Assembly: GCA_032718475.1 (NCBI GenBank)
Contig: JAUCBJ010007358.1
Coordinates: 34,454-98,453 of the forward strand
Length of the DNA: 64,000 bases
Direction: 5' to 3'
Origin: Nemertoderma westbladi
Taxonomy: Eukaryota; Animalia; Xenacoelomorpha
The notes beneath the pieces were generated by a model that was not told where the DNA came from, made no database searches, and worked only from the letters and a program-made list of their open reading frames with translations. A program made the position numbers and the translations under genes. This document shows positions 24,153 through 37,453 of the stretch, in pieces; within the stretch, counting starts at the first letter, position 1; every line of letters starts with the position of its first letter.

Positions 24153-26613
24153 ATATAGAATAGTGTTGCAATGGGATGGGGATCCATATAGAATAGTGTT
24201 GCAATGGGTCGGTCCATATAGAATAGTGTTACAATGGGTCGGTCCATATAGAATAGTGTTGCAATGGGTCGGTCCATATAGAATAGTGTTGCAATGGGTC
24301 GGTCCATATAGAATAGTGCTGCAAGGGGTCGGTCCATATAGAATAGTGTTGCAATGGGTCGGTCCATATAGAATAGTGTTGCAATGGGATGGGGATCCAT
24401 ATAGAATAGTGTTGCAATGGGTCGGTCCATATAGAATAGTGTTGCAATGGGTCGGTCCATATAGAATAGTGTTGCAATGGGTCGGTCCATATAGAATAGT
24501 GTTGCAATGGGTCGGTCCATATAGAATAGTGTTGCAATGGGTCGGTCCATATAGAATAGTGTTGCAATGGGTCGGTCCATATAGAATAGTGTTGCAATGG
24601 GTCGGTCCATCCATATAGAATAGTGTTGCAATGGGTCGGTCCATATAGAATAGTGTTGCAAAGGGCTGGGGTCCATATAGAATAGTGTTGCAATTGCAAT
24701 GGGTCGGTCCATATAGAATAGTGTTGCCATGGGTCGATCCATATATAATAGTGTTGCAATGGGTCGGTCCATATAGAATAGTGTTGCAATGGGTCGGTCC
24801 ATATAGAATAGTGTTGCAATGAGTCGGTGTCGGTTCATATAGAATAGTGTTGCAATGGGTCGGTCCATATAGAATAGTGTTGCAATGGGTCGGTCCATAT
24901 AGAATAGTGTTGCAATGGGTCGGTCCATCCATATAGAATAGTGTTGCAATTGCAATGGGTCGGTCCATATAGAATAGTGTTGCCATGGGTCGGTCCATAT
25001 AGAATAGTGTTGCAATGGGTCGGTCCATATAGAATAGTGTTGCAATGGGTCGGTCCATATAGAATAGTGTTGCAATGGGTCGGTCCATATAGAATAGTGT
25101 TGCAATGGGTCGGTCCATCCATATAGAATAGTGTTGCAATTGCAATGGGTCGGTCCATATAGAATAGTGTTGCAATGGGTCGGTCTATATAGAATAGTGT
25201 TGCAATGGGTCGGTCCATATAGAATAGTGTTGCAATGGGTCGGTCCATATAGAATAGTGTTGCAATGGGTCGGTCCATCCATATAGAATAGTGTTGCAAT
25301 GGGTCGGTCCATCCATATAGAATAGTGTTGCAATTGCAATGGGTCGGTCCATCCATATAGAATAGTGTTGCAATTGCAATGGGTCGGTCCATATAGAATA
25401 GTGTTGCCATGGGTCGGTCCATATAGAATAGTGTTGCAATGGGATGGGGATCCATATAGAATAGTGTTGCAATGGGTCGATCCATATAGAATAGTGTTGC
25501 AATGGGTCGGTCCATATAGAATAGTGTTGCAATGGGTCGGTCTATATAGAATAGTGTTGCAATGGGTTGGTCCATATAGAATAGTGTTGGCATGGGTCGG
25601 TCCATCCATATAGAATAGTGTTGCAATTGCAATGGGTCGGTCCATCTAGAATAGTGTTGCAATGGGTCGGTCCATATAGAATAGTGTTGCAATGGGTCGG
25701 TCCATATAGAATAGTGTTGCAAGGGGTCGGTCCATATAGAATAGTGTTGCAATGGGTCGGTCCATATAGAATAGTGTTGCAATGGGTCGGTCTATATAGA
25801 ATAGTGTTGCAATGGGTTGGTCCATATAGAATAGTGTTGGCATGGGTCGGTCCATCCATATAGAATAGTGTTGAAATTGCAATGGGTCGGTCCATATAGA
25901 ATAGTGTTGCAATGGGTCGGTCCATATAGAATAGTGTTGCAATGGGTCGGTCCATATAGAATAGTGTTGCAATGGGTCGGTCCATATAGAATAGTGTTGC
26001 AATGGGTCGGTCCATATAGAATAGTGTTGCAATGGGTCGGTCCATATAGAATAGTGTTGCAATTGCAATGGGTCGGTCCATATATAATAGTGTTACAATG
26101 GGTCGGTCCATATAGAATAGTGTTGCAATGGGTCGGTCCATATAGAATAGTGTTGCAATTGCAATGGGTCGGTCCATATATAATAGTGTTGCAATGGGTC
26201 GGTCCATATAGAATAGTGTTGCAAAGGGCTCGAGTCCATATATAATGTGTTGCAATGGGATATTGGATCCATATAGACAGAGAGTGCTACTGTTACAACG
26301 GGATGGGGGTCCATATTAATAGTGTTGCAACGGGATGGGGATCCGTATCAATAGTGTTGCAACGAGATGGGGATCCATATCAATAGTGTTGCAACGAGAT
26401 GGGGATCCATATCAATAGTGTTGCAACGGGATTGGGATCCATATCAATAGTGATGCAACGAGATGGGGATCCATATCAATAGTGTTGCAACGAGATGGGG
26501 ATCCATATCAATAGTGCTGCAACGGGATGGGGATCCATATCAATAGTGTTGCAACGGGTTGTGGATCCGATCCATATAGACTAGTGTTGCAACGGGATTG
26601 GGTCCATTCCATA
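24153..26613. repeat. 30-bp minisatellite
   Basis: CCATATAGAATAGTGTTGCAATGGGTCGGT with +4 and +6 variants, diverging at the right end. A lone unit sits near 22899. Confidence 0.96.
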
Positions 26614-27605
26614 TGCACTGCATTACGGACAATATGAACATTGTATTCTTCATTACGTTCAATATAAACAATATATGGAATAATAAAACTTTGATAAGTT
26701 AGACCTGCAGACACATATTTGTACCGGTACCGGTACTGATGGATTTACCACAGCAAAACTGTCTAGACAGTAAAATAAACCATGAAAGTGTTTAATTGTT
26801 GATCAAAGCAAAAGCCAAAAGCATGCACAAAAATTTCCTTCACACAAAATATAAAGTTAGAAGTCCATCCATATTGACGTCTACTAAATAGCAACGTTTC
26901 AACAGCAGAAGCGTCTGCAAAGCGCAAAACTCCAAAGAAAGATTCCCTGATTACCGGAGATATTGTCATTAAAGACAGACTGACAGACAAATGGTCACGA
27001 AGTTAGAACAATTGCGAACCAACAAATTACAATTTATCTAAAATCATGGGTCACAATAATTGTCCGGGTTGCAATTGGAGACAGGCAGACAGGAGGGAAA
27101 CTGGACGCAAATCCCATCTTGGCGATAAAATCCCGCCTCAATACAAATTTTTCAATTTAGGGAAATGAGCAGGTTACAGTGACACGTTACTTTAAGCAAA
27201 ACAATAAACTAAACACAATAGGACAGATTAAATATTTATACAGTTTACAGATTTACATCGAATTTCCCCATGAGAGGGATGAATTTTTATTGCGTCCAGC
27301 CCCCCCCCCCCCCCTCCCCACCACCCCTCCTCCCCCCAGCCCCCCCCCCCCTCCCCTATCTGCGAAATTGCCCGGACACCACTGACACATATGAAATAGA
27401 GACAGTCAGGGAGGTGGGATCAGGATCTGAGGTGGATAAAAACGAAACCGGATTTAGCATTTAGCACGTTAAAATGTGAAAGAATGTGATAGTGTCTGCC
27501 GAATGAGATATGACAGTATGACGTGATGTCAGAATAAGGTGGTTTAGTTAGGCTATTCATTTAATGGAACCGTCAGTTATTAATAAATTACATTTTTTTA
27601 CTAAC

Positions 27606-27854
27606 CATTATGGGGCTGTTGTTGCGACGAAAATTGATTCCATTGTCACTGACTTCAACGTTCACGTTGTTTTTACTTCCAACACCTGTGACTCCATTGT
27701 TGTGACTTTTAAACGGCTCACCAATGTCACAGTAATCGGTTGCGCTGCTGCTTCTAGACACACCAGGAGCAGCACCCAACGTGGAGGTACCGGTACCACC
27801 AGATGCTGAACCCAATGTTGTAGCTGTTGGCCGACAACAAACCTCGCCCTGCAT
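27606..27854 (-). CDS. RNF19: RNF19 probable first coding exon
   Basis: ATG-initiated 83-codon Ser/Gly/Asn-rich frame ending ATG|gttagt, phase-compatible with exon 2. No domain homology to anchor it. Confidence 0.65.
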
Positions 27855-28441
27855 AATGTATAGGAGGTGATAGGCCTACCGGAAATCAGAAATTATATCG
27901 CGTTTTGTCTGAATCCAGAATCAATCAGTTCAGCCTCAGCATAACACCAGACTGCCAGAACGAGAACAGTAGAGTGTACCGAGTAGTGCATAGTGAGTAG
28001 ACCTACCTGTCCTGTAGCCTACCGTATGACTGTATGTCTGTATGACCGTTAGCAGTTAGTGCAGTAGTGCTGTAGTGGTAGCAGTGGACTGTCTGAGTGT
28101 CTGCCTGTGGCTGTCAGGCTGTGGGTCTACATGTGGTAATAATCGGTTTCAACTTTCATTCAAGGCCCTCCGGCCTCCAGTCTGCCAGTGTCCAGGCAAG
28201 GCTCGAGTCGGGGATTTTTAGCCTATACAGGCTGAAGGGCGAAGGGCCTAGTGCTGTAGTCGTGTAGTTGTAGTGTAGGCCTATGCTGCTATGAATTTCG
28301 TAACCAAACTACTGCTACAGTGCTGTAGCCTGTAGGCAGGTAGGCCTACTGCTATTCCAGTATTCGAAATAATTAGAAACTGGCTGACTGGCAACAGCAA
28401 CGAACCGACGAACAGGGCAATAATAATTAGGCCTATTAAAC

Positions 28442-29134
28442 GGTCCTACTAAAAACCGCAACTTACCGCAATTTACCGCAACTTACCGCAATTTACCGCA
28501 ACTAACCGCAATTTACCGCAACTAGTTGTTATTTTCAAGCAGCTGCATGGTCCAGTGGCGAAATTCCTGGGCTTCCAATTAGGAGGCCCCGGTTCGATCC
28601 CTTGCTGCCTTGACAGCTTGACAGTGCAGCACTGTTTTCTGTTTGTGCAGTGTTTTAAAAACGGTCCTACGAATTACCCCAAACCAGAATAGGCCCCTAC
28701 CCCGAAATACTTGTTTTTCACTCTCGTTTATTGTTTTGGTTAGAAAAACTTGCCACTGTAACCTGCTCCTTTCCCTCACTGTTTCTAAACATTGTTGTCC
28801 TATTTTGGGGTAGGCCTAATTCGTAGGACCCTCTAACAGTCTAATGTTAACATATCTTGGTTTTATATTGATCATACTGTCATATTACAGCATTAATTAT
28901 AAATTTTGTCGTTTTTAAAACACTGCAAAAACAGCGTTGCCTGGTCAAGGGATCGAACCAGGGCCTCCTACGTGGAAGCGCAAGGTTTGTCACCACTAGA
29001 CCACGAGGCAGCTTGAAAATGACAATTAGTGATTAGTTGCGGTAAATTGCGGTAAGTTGCGGTAAATTGCGGTAAGTTGCGGTAAATTGCGGTTAGTTGC
29101 GGTAAATTGCGGTTTTTACTGTTTTAGTAGGACC
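28442..29134. mobile_element. Foldback/MITE-like element with long inverted arms, tRNA-like segments and a nested related MITE
   Basis: Termini GGTCCTACTAAAA / TTTTAGTAGGACC, inverted (TTACCGCAAY)n blocks, and an inner GGTCCTACGAATT...AATTCGTAGGACC at 28663-28830. Confidence 0.8.
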
Positions 29135-30502
29135 CCTATTACAGTATTAAATGAAAAAGAAGAATTAAATTTCCAAAACAAAGGCTCAAAAAAAGTATTT
29201 TGGGGTAATTAAGTAATTCTAAACTATTTTGGGTTTGGGGTAGTTTTATACTGTTTTGAGGTCTTGGCTGCTTGGGGTGGTTTGGGGTAATTCGTAGGAC
29301 CAGGACCGAAAAATCATCAGAGAATTAGGCCTACTGCTGTACTGAATTAGCCTAGGCTAATCTTGTCTGCTAATACTGTAATCAATCATCAATCATGATT
29401 TATGATCAAACTGTCACTGTCAACAAACTGTCACTGTCCTGCCAAGGCATTCAAGGCTGCAAGGGTGAAGGACAGGGCCACACAGCAAGGTAAAACGAAC
29501 TTAGATCCTGCAAGGTCAGACTTTGATGAACATAGATCTTTGCGAACTTAGGTCCAATATATGCGAACATAGCAGCATAGATCCTATCTGAGTGAACTGA
29601 GATGAGATCCTAACTAATTAGGTGAACTTACTGTAGATCCCCCTTTATGCTATTAAAAGCCTTTGGGAATCATCATGCTAGTCGCGAAGCGAACATAGAT
29701 CCCACTCCCACGTTGAAAGCCTTCAATTGCAATCAGCCATTACAGGCCTTGATTATGACAACTGCGGGCCGAGACTTAATAAGGCAAATTTGTACCAGTT
29801 TTTCCTATGTTTAATTTTTTACTACTTAATAAATAACTTTAATAATTTTAATTTTAATTGTACCGGTAACAAAAGTTATGATTATTAGCAGTAATAAAAT
29901 TAAACCTAGGAAAAACTGGCCCTCCCGTGTCGGCCAACAGTTATTACATAACACATCATGGTCTTTTATAGTGTAGTGTGGTATGTCTGAATTGATATAA
30001 TTGTAAGACGTAGCATTTTGATCTCGTACGATGAGTAATTAAAAATAAAACATAAAAAATAGTGAGACACCCCTGTATGGTATGTACGAATTAATGACTT
30101 CGCAGCAGGGCGGTTTTACATACATTAGCAGCGGATGCCACTGCACTATGATGAATGCAGATAAGTCATCCAAAATGTAATATTTGTTTTAAGTTTTTCT
30201 CCATTTACTGTACAGTAGGCCTACATTACGTACAGTTGGCTATGGTGTGTGTGTATAGGTAGGTCGTTCACATAAAATTAATTTTAGATAAGAAATATGT
30301 ACAAGTCATTTGAAGAAAAAAGCGAACTTTGCGTTGTCGGAAATTTAGTATATAAACCTACAGTACGTATGTAACTGGTAACATATGGATATTGTCTACC
30401 ATTCAGTAATTCAATTGTATACATACTGTACATGTAGTATCAAAAAGTGGTGGCAATTAAATTCCAATCGCTTTCAATTGTATAATTGAACACTATAGAA
30501 AT

Positions 30503-33500
30503 ATGTACGTTATTTTAACCCTATTAAACCCGGGGAGGGGTCAATATGACCCCCCCCGTGGTTTTTTTATTATAATTCTGAAACAAACGCAGTTGGGAAT
30601 CTGAAATTTTATGACTTTTCCTAAAAATCTATTGTCTTCATGGTAGTGAAAACCGTTTTCAAAAATATTGGGTACTTTTCGAGTTATAGCACCATTTTTT
30701 AACCCTACTTTTGGCACTTTTTTTGAGACGTTTTTTGAAAATTACATTTCATTAAATATGAATTGTAACATCTCGGTTTTTGATTTACACCGGTTTTTTG
30801 GTGTTAGAAATTGGATGGAATTCATATAAATTGATTTAGAAATTTCAAACTTGTTTTTTTCGATGGGTGCCAAATTTTGGTGCCAGCACCAAATTTTGAA
30901 ATAAGTCAATTTTGTAAATTGATTATTTGAAACTTGTTTTTTACGCAATTGGGGTTTTTTGAGGTTCTGGTTTCGATGAAATATATACGAGTTGAACCAA
31001 GCGTATCAAACTTGTATTTTTCGGTGCTGTGTGCTAATTTTGGTGCTAGCACGAAATTTTGAAAATCCATTCAATATATAAAATTGCTTGTGACAATTTA
31101 TTTCTTGCGTTTTAGAGGTTTATGGCTGTTCTGAATTCAATGGAAAATATAATTATCGAACTAGACATCTCAAACTTGTATTTTTCGGATGTGGGTACAA
31201 AATGTGGTGCTAGCACCAAATTTTGAAAACCATCAAATATATCAATTGATTGTGTCACCTTGTTTCTTGCGTTATACGGGTTTGTGATGGTTCTGAATTC
31301 AATGGAATCAGTAAAAATTTCATAAGAGTTCTCAAACTTGTATTTTTCGCCGGTGGGTGAAAATTGTTGTGCCAGCACCAAATTTTGGAAAATATGCAAA
31401 TTGATAAGTAGATAGTATCACCTTGTTTCTTGCGTTATACGGGTTTATGAGGGTCCTGAATCCGATGGAATCAATAAAAACAGCACTGGACATCGCAAAC
31501 TTGTACTTTTTGGTGATGGGTACGAAATTTGGTGCTAGCACCAAAATTTGCTAAATTACGCCGAAAAATACAAGTAACAATGATCTGGCATATTAGAAAT
31601 GTATTCCATTAGAATCAGCGCCCTCGAAAACCTGAAAATGTGAATTTATAGCATCGTATAAGTGAATTAAAAATTTTGTGTTCTAACTGAAAAGTGCTGG
31701 TTACTTGTTTTTTTCATTTTTTTCCTACGCAGAGAGGACTAAACAGCCATTTATAGTAATCATATCATTTTTAAATATTTTCCAATGTATTTTGCACCCC
31801 AAAAAACCTGTATTGAAAAATAATTAGCCGAAAATGTAACTTTCAAATTTTGTGAAAATTGTGCACTACTTGTAATTTTGGTGCTGCAATATAACCACCC
31901 CAGTACATTTTTCCGAAAATTTTTTTTTTCGGTCGGATCCAGACAAGTGATACCTACGTACAAACAAAAAATCAGACGTTTTCGTAAATATTTGTAGATT
32001 TTAGAGGGGGGGGGTCAATATGACCCCCTCCCGGTATTTGTACAACATTTTATAGCCCGGTACTAATAGGGTTAATCGCCTTGTTAGCATTAACTGTATT
32101 ATTTTATTTCCTATTATTGAGACCTTTCGGTTCCAGCCATAGAGATTTGCCTTTAGCTCATCGCGGGTTGCCTATAATTGGGAGTTGGTTCCAGATTGTG
32201 AAACCGCCCCCATTAAACGGACGGTTTCTGCTGGAAAACACGAAAAATTTGACATTTCCGGTGGCGAAATATTACATTATGGGACGCACTCTCATATTTT
32301 TGATGGGAATTGATGTTATTAAAAACATTTTTATCACTCAAAGTGCAAACTATAATATGCGTGTGTCATCTAATCACATCCTCTCGATAATAAACAGAAA
32401 CAAAGGATTACTTGAGTCGACTGGAAAGTATTGGATTTCCCACAGAAAGATAAGTTTTGCTATGATGCGTTATTTCGGTTTTGGAAAACGGAATTTTCAA
32501 GAAGCAATTTCACAAGAAGCAACGATTCTGTGTCTTCGCATCGAGATCGATTGTAATTCTTTAGCATTTGAACCTCAGCGTTTTATCAACGATGCCATTG
32601 CTAATGTAATTTCGGCTGCTGTTTTCGGTTCGAGGTTCAGCTACGCAGACAAGTATTTTGAAAGGTTAAATTATTTGATTAAGAATATGGTGGATGAGGG
32701 TAATTTTAATCTGCCTGGAATATTTTATAAAATTTTACAGCGAATTCCAGGGACCTATATCAGCAAATACATCGAGTTACACAAAGAACTTTTAAGATTG
32801 ATTGAGGAGAAAGTAGAAGAACACAAGATTGAGGCGGAAGGTGATAAAGAACCTATGGATTTTATTGACTATCTTATTCTAGAACAGAAAAAGGAATTGA
32901 AACAGAATCATACGAACGACATATTTGATAATTTCAGTATATGTATTATTATAGTTGATATGTTTGCTGCAGGTACAGAAACCACATCTAAAACATTGCG
33001 ATGGTTAATTCTCGCCTTAACAAAACATCCCAAAATACAACGGGAATTTCAACATATTCTGGATGATCAAGTAGGTAGGAACCGGTACCCTACATTAGAA
33101 GATGTGGAACAAATACCCTTTATAACTGCTTGTATTCTAGAAACATTACGAGTATCTGGTGTTGTCCCTGTAACTTTACGTTCTGCCCAAAAAGATGGCA
33201 ATATTAGTGGATTTACTCTTCCGAAATCGGCAAATAATTTAATCCACATTTGGGCATTGAATCACAACCCAGAATGGTGGGTTAACCCAGAGGAATTCAA
33301 CCCAAATAACTTCCTAAGTAAAGACCAACTTACTGTTCGAATTCCAGAGCATTTCATACCATTTGGACTCGGTGCAAGATCCTGTCTAGGGGAGAGATTG
33401 GCTCTCATGGAGTTAAAGATATTTTCAGCCTACTTGTTTCACCAATTTAACTTCGAACCAGTCGATGGCGATAGTCTACCATCACTGAATGATAGCAGAG

Positions 33501-33559
33501 GTAGTTTTTTAACACTCGAACCGATGGAGTACAAGATAATCGCTGTGAAGCGATATTAA
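30503..33559 (+). pseudogene. Intronless cytochrome P450 (CYP2 clan), interrupted at codon 5/6 by the TTAA element; body intact at 32076-33559
   Basis: TM anchor, WxxxR, AGTETT, ETLR, PEEFNPNNF and FGLGARSCLG. Removing the insert restores MYVILIALLALTVLFYFLLL in frame. Confidence 0.88.
30519..32071. mobile_element. Non-autonomous piggyBac-like DNA transposon (1553 bp)
   Basis: TTAA at 30515-30518 and 32072-32075. TIR CCCTATTA/TAATAGGG, subterminal palindrome GGGGTCAATATGACCCC at both ends, internal degenerate repeats at about 30840-31550, no transposase. Confidence 0.88.
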
Positions 33560-33776
33560 TTAGTATCGGTAGAGAAGGATTCAACCATGTGATGGTGTGT
33601 GTCTGATAGTTTCAAAATAATTGGTTCTGTTACAAATAGCTTCGATATCCAATTATAAGGAGGCGTTGTACATAAAAAAAAATATACATATATACAAAAC
33701 TATACAACAGAATGATTACAATTTGACATCACATAGAGAAACTGCTACGTAAGAGCCAAAATGGACTATAGCTCCA

Positions 33777-35905
33777 TGTGGAGGGTGTTGGAAACGGAGT
33801 GGGAGGTGGGGAAGGATCTGTGGATGGTGTGGGGGGCGGAGTGGGAAGTACAGGAGGATATGTGGGGGGTGTTGGAAACGGAGTGGGAGGTGCGGAAGGA
33901 TCTGTGGATGGTGTGGGGGCGGAGTGGGAAGTACAGCAGGATCTGTGGAGGGTGTGGGGGGCGGAGTGGGAAATACAGGAGGATATGTGGAGGGTGTTGG
34001 AAACGGAGTGGGAGGTGCGGAAGGATCTGTGGATGGTGTGGGGGCGGAGTGGGAAGTACAGCAGGATCTGTGGAGGGTGTGGGGGGCGGAGTGGGAAATA
34101 CAGGAGGATATGTGGAGGGTGTTGGAAACGGAGTGGGAGGTGCGGAAGGATCTGTGGATGGTGTGGGGATGGAGTGGGAAGTACAGGAGGATATGTGGAG
34201 GGTGTTGGAAACGGAGTGGGAGGTGCGGAAGGATCTGTGGATGGTGTGGGGATGGAGTGGGAAGTACAGGAGGATATGAGGATGGTGTGGGGGGCGGAGT
34301 GGGAAGCAAAGCTTAACTTTAAATTCTAGTAGAACTCTTAACTTTGAGTTCCAGCTGAACTCTTAACTTTAAGTTGCAGCTGAACTCTTAACTTTGAGTT
34401 CTAGCTGAACTCTTAACTTTGAGTTCTAGCTGTGGTAGGGTGGGAAGTACAGGAGGATATGTGGAGGGTGTTGGAAACGGAGTGGGAGGTGCGGAAGGAT
34501 CTGTGGATGGTGTGGGGATGGAGTGGGAAGTACAGGAGGATATGAGGATGGTGTGGGGGGCGGAGTGGGAGGTGCGGAAGGATCTGTGGATGGTGTGGGG
34601 ATGGAGTGGGAAGTACAGGAGGATATGTGGAGGGTGTTGGAAACGGAGTGGGAGGTGCGGAAGGATCTGTGGATGGTGTGGGGGGCGGAGTGGGAAGTAC
34701 AGGAGGATATGTGGAGGGTGTTGGAAACGGAGTGGGAGGTGCGGAAGGATCTGTGGATGGTGTGGGGGGCGGAGTGGGAAGTACAGGAGGATATGAGGAT
34801 GGTGTGGGGGGCGGAGTGGGAGGTGCGGAAGGATCTGTGGATGGTGTGGGGATGGAGTGGGAAGTACAGGAGGATATGTGGAGGGTGTTGGAAACGGAGT
34901 GGGAGGTGCGGAAGGATCTGTGGATGGTGTGGGGATGGAGTGGGAAGTACAGGAGGATATGAGGATGGTGTGGGGGGCGGAGTGGGAGGTGCGGAAGGAT
35001 CTGTGGATGGTGTGGGGATGGAGTGGGAAGTACAGGAGGATATGTGGAGGGTGTTGGAAACGGAGTGGGAGGTGCGGAAGGATCTGTGGATGGTGTGGGG
35101 GGCGGAGTGGGAAGTACAGGAGGATATGAGGATGGTGTGGGGGGCGGAGTGGGAGGTGCGGAAGGATCTGTGGATGGTGTGGGGATGGAGTGGGAAGTAC
35201 AGGAGGATATGTGGAGGGTGTTGGAAACGGAGTGGGAGGTGCGGAAGGATCTGTGGATGGTGTGGGGGGCGGAGTGGGAAGTACAGGAGGATATGAGGAT
35301 GGTGTGGGGGGCGGAGTGGGAGGTGGGGAAGGATCTGTGGATGGTGTGGGGATGGAGTGGGAAGTACAGGAGGATATGTGGAGGGTGTTGGAAACGGAGT
35401 GGGAGGTGCGGAAGGATCTGTGGATGGTGTGGGGATGGAGTGGGAAGTACAGGAGGATATGAGGATGGTGTGGGGGCGGAGTGGGAGGTGCGGAAGGATC
35501 TGTGGATGGTGTGGGGATGGAGTGGGAAGTACAGGAGGATATGTGGAGGGTGTTGGAAACGGAGTGGGAGGTGCGGAAGGATCTGTGGATGGTGTGGGGG
35601 GCGGAGTGGGAAGTACAGGAGGATATGAGGATGGTGTGGGGGGCGGAGTGGGAGGTGCGGAAGGATCTGTGGATGGTGTGGGTAGCGGAGTGGGAAGTAC
35701 AGGAGGATATGTGGAGGGTGTTGGAAACGGAGTGGGAGGTGCGGAAGGATCTGTGGATGGTGTGGGGATGGAGTGGGAAGTACAGGAGGATATGTGGAGG
35801 GTGTTGGAAACGGAGTGGGAGGTGCGGAAGGATCTGTGGTTGGTGTGGGGGGCGGAGTGGGAAGTACAGCAGGATCTGTGGAGGGTGTGGGGGCGGAGTG
35901 GGAAG
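33777..35905. repeat. G-rich compound minisatellite (~41/83-bp period)
   Basis: Alternating GGAGTGGGAGGTGCGGAAGGATCTGTGGATGGTGT and GGAGTGGGAAGTACAGGAGGATATG subunits, interrupted at about 34311-34431 by the 25-bp repeat. Confidence 0.95.
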
Positions 35906-35911
35906 CAAAGC

Positions 35912-36303
35912 TTAACTTTGAATTCTAGCTGAACTCTTAACTTTGAGTTCTAGCTGAACTCTTAACTTTGAGTTCTAGCTGAACTCTTAACTTTAAGTTC
36001 CAGCTGAACTCTTAACTTTGAGTTTTAGCTGAACTCTTAACTTTGAGTTCCTGCTAAACACTAAACTTTGAGTTTTAGCTGAACTCTTAACTTTGAGTTC
36101 TAGCTGAACTCTTAACTTTGAGTTTCAGTTGAACTCTTAACTTTGAGTTCCAGCTGAACTCTTAACTTTGAGTTCCAGCTGAACTCTTAACTTTGAGTTC
36201 CATCTGAACTCTTAACTTTGAGTTCCAGCTGAATCAACTTTGAGTTCCAGCTGAACTCTTAACTTTGAGTTCCATCTGAACTCTTAACTTTGAGTTTCAG
36301 CTG
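35912..36303. repeat. 25-bp hairpin-forming tandem repeat
   Basis: GAACTCTTAACTTTGAGTTCTAGCT; a second block lies at 34311-34431. Confidence 0.93.
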
Positions 36304-37453
36304 TTGATTAAATTAAAATGAGGATGAAATATATATGCCATTCATATAATAATTGTTCACAAGCAACATCATATTGACAACAACTAATTGAATTGTTACT
36401 TTAGTAAGTAATGGTATCTTTTTACATGGTATGTAAAGTAGCACTTTATGTAAGATATCAGGTGAATGGGTTATTCCCAGCCAATCAAGTGGAGTGCAGG
36501 GTATCTAAACTATACGTGTGTGACGTGTGTATGATCTCAATCAATACGATATGAGTTTTACCCCCTAGAATTACATTCCTTCTCAGAGGCACAAACTATA
36601 GAGAAAGCTGAAAATAATGAAATCTGCGAAGTGCAGTGGCATAGTTGTTACTGGTACATCCAGTTACAAACTGCCTAATATTAAACAAACTTTACCATCT
36701 TAGGTTAAGTATCATCACATGTATTAATTAGTAATACAGTTAAGAATTAGTTTATTTTTTATTAGATTTAGCTTTTCTACTAAACTGGGTTGTAAACAAA
36801 ACTGGGGTATCACACTTCACTTGTTTATTTTATTTAGATGGTATTTAAAGCTCCTATGAGATATAAAGATCAAATAAAGGAATTAATATATATGAATATA
36901 AAACAAATAGAATAAAGAAAAATGTTGTGTAAAGAATAAATCATTTATTCGGATTGAGTGACGTAAAGTTTGTGTTCAAACGGGATCCCAATTCCGAAAA
37001 GTCCGGGAGAAATAAACCAGATCGCGAATTTTTGGAATCGTTATTCTGGAATGTAACTTTTTGTTGAGTGACTATTCTTATTAGTGCGGCAATATATATA
37101 TTGAATTGGAATATATTAAATTTAATTTATGTCAGATATGTTCACAAAAAGTGGGAACCCATTTAAACACTTCTTAATTGTAGACTACGTAGTGAACTAT
37201 TACTAAAATAAATAATTAAAATATTAAATTAATTATAGCCAATAGTTGCAATAATTGTACAGATAAAGCCATTCGGAATATTAAAGATATTCTATAGAGT
37301 TTAACTTCAATAAAAGAACCGGCATTATTTGAGTTGTAATTTTTTAGTGGTTTTTTGAAAATAAAACAAATAAATAAATATTTGTAGCATAACGGGAGGC
37401 ATGAAAATACACAAGGGACATTGCGAGTTACATATAGTGTTTATGTTAGTTAG

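Noticed and set aside
24087-26314. Long repetitive ORFs in several frames
   Set aside because: These are artefacts of the 30-bp array. The same applies to the ORFs at 33716-35932, 49192-51133 and 58340-59461.
28541-29010. Functional tRNA-Gly genes
   Set aside because: The stems are imperfect, the two copies differ, and both are embedded in transposon arms.
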